Shown here: positions 31,598 to 32,000 of the stretch, in pieces | Position numbering within the stretch: the first letter of the stretch is position 1 | Layout of the letters: each line of letters begins with the position of its first letter | Source of the DNA: Gemmata obscuriglobus | GTDB lineage: Bacteria; Planctomycetota; Planctomycetia; Gemmatales; Gemmataceae | NCBI RefSeq assembly: GCF_008065095.1 | Contig: NZ_CP042911.1 | Span: 4,710,001-4,742,000 of the forward strand | DNA length: 32,000 bases | Direction: 5' to 3' | Position numbers and translations under genes: made by a program | The notes under the pieces: model-generated | The model's input: only the letters and a program-made list of their open reading frames with translations | Told to the model about the DNA's origin: nothing | Database searches by the model: none

Positions 31598-32000
31598 ATG
31601 GCCACATCCATCACGCGCCTGTACGGGCTCGGTCTGACGCCGGGCAAGCTCCGCGGGCTGCAGCGCATCAGCAACCCGAACGGCACGCTGAGCATGGTCG
31701 CCACCGACCAGAACAGCTCGATGATCAAAATGATGAAGGCGGCCACCGGCAAGGAGCCGACCTACGACGAGATCGCCGACGCGAAGGTGATGCTGTCCCG
31801 CGCGCTGGCCCCGCACTGCTCCGGGCTCCTCGTGGACGGCTACTACGGGTACGCCAGCACGGTGGCGGCGCACGCCGTCCCGCCGGGCACCGGCATCCTG
31901 ATCCGGGTCGAAAAGTCCGGCGCCGACAAGAACGCCGCCGGCGCGCCGTGCGGCGAGGTGGAGCCGGGTTGGGGCGTCCACAAGATCAAGCGCTGCGGCG
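31598..32000 (+). CDS. Tagatose-1,6-bisphosphate aldolase-like (LacD family class I aldolase), 3'-truncated at window edge
   Basis: Not in the ORF track because no stop falls inside the window. My translation from ATG 31598 is MATSITRLYGLGLTPGKLRGLQRISNPNGTLSMVATDQNSSMIKMMKAATGKEPTYDEIADAKVMLSRALAPHCSGLLVDGYYGY...VEKSG...WGVHKIKRCG. It parallels the LacD N-terminus (L..LSN..G.ISALAFDQRGALKRMM...LLDPEYG...YEKTGYD). A weak AGGGA lies upstream of the ATG. Confidence 0.75.
   Translation, partial: MATSITRLYGLGLTPGKLRGLQRISNPNGTLSMVATDQNSSMIKMMKAATGKEPTYDEIADAKVMLSRALAPHCSGLLVDGYYGYASTVAAHAVPPGTGILIRVEKSGADKNAAGAPCGEVEPGWGVHKIKRCG

Noticed and set aside
31067-31981. 304-aa minus-strand ORF
   Set aside because: It overlaps the LacD-like gene antisense and runs through the noncoding spacer. 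It is Arg/Gly/Ala-rich with no motifs.
1-32000. Looked for CRISPR arrays, transposase/integrase genes, terminal inverted repeats of IS elements, prophage genes, toxin-antitoxin pairs, reverse transcriptases and rRNA
   Set aside because: None was seen. The only repeats are the RTX nonapeptides, the LRRs, the 9-bp iteron arms at 18713-18831 and isolated hairpins.

Overview
High-GC (about two-thirds G+C) bacterial chromosomal window. It is almost certainly from a Gemmata-like planctomycete; that assignment is inference from PSCyt1 / DUF1549-DUF1553 proteins and two TIGR02996-type 'LVYADFLEE' proteins, both family hallmarks of that lineage. All calls come from reading the translations and DNA by eye; no searches were run. 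Gene layout: a short plus-strand group lies at 1-3476 (truncated membrane protein, degenerate Ser/Thr kinase, sugar-phosphate isomerase). A long minus-strand block spans 3473-18565. It holds a response regulator, an AcrB-type RND permease, an adaptor lipoprotein, a TolC-like lipoprotein and a Cys/His-rich secreted protein, then an HDAC-family deacetylase, a PilT-like ATPase, a DUF1549/DUF1553 protein and a PSCyt1+WD40 protein. A long plus-strand block spans 19043-30703. It holds a nucleotide-sugar dehydrogenase, a membrane-tethered ECF sigma factor, an RTX-repeat protein, a small unknown ORF, two tandem TIGR02996+LRR paralogs, a REC-PAS-HK-REC hybrid kinase and a receiver with Asp-to-Asn at the phospho-acceptor. 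A roughly 0.9 kb ORF-poor, structure-rich spacer follows, then the 5' end of a LacD-like aldolase. I found no rRNA, tRNA, CRISPR array, transposase or integrase. Items most worth follow-up are the uncharacterised TIGR02996/LRR tandem inside a co-directional signalling cluster, and the sigma factor fused through a TM helix to a large outside domain. Also of interest are a PSCyt/DUF1549-1553 pair followed by PilT instead of the usual DUF1501 partner, and an inverted repeat built from 9-bp iterons at the strand-switch intergenic region. Further items are a kinase with conservative replacement of all three catalytic residues, and several strong RNA-like structures in the terminal spacer. Many long ORFs in the supplied track are antisense artefacts of high GC and were rejected.
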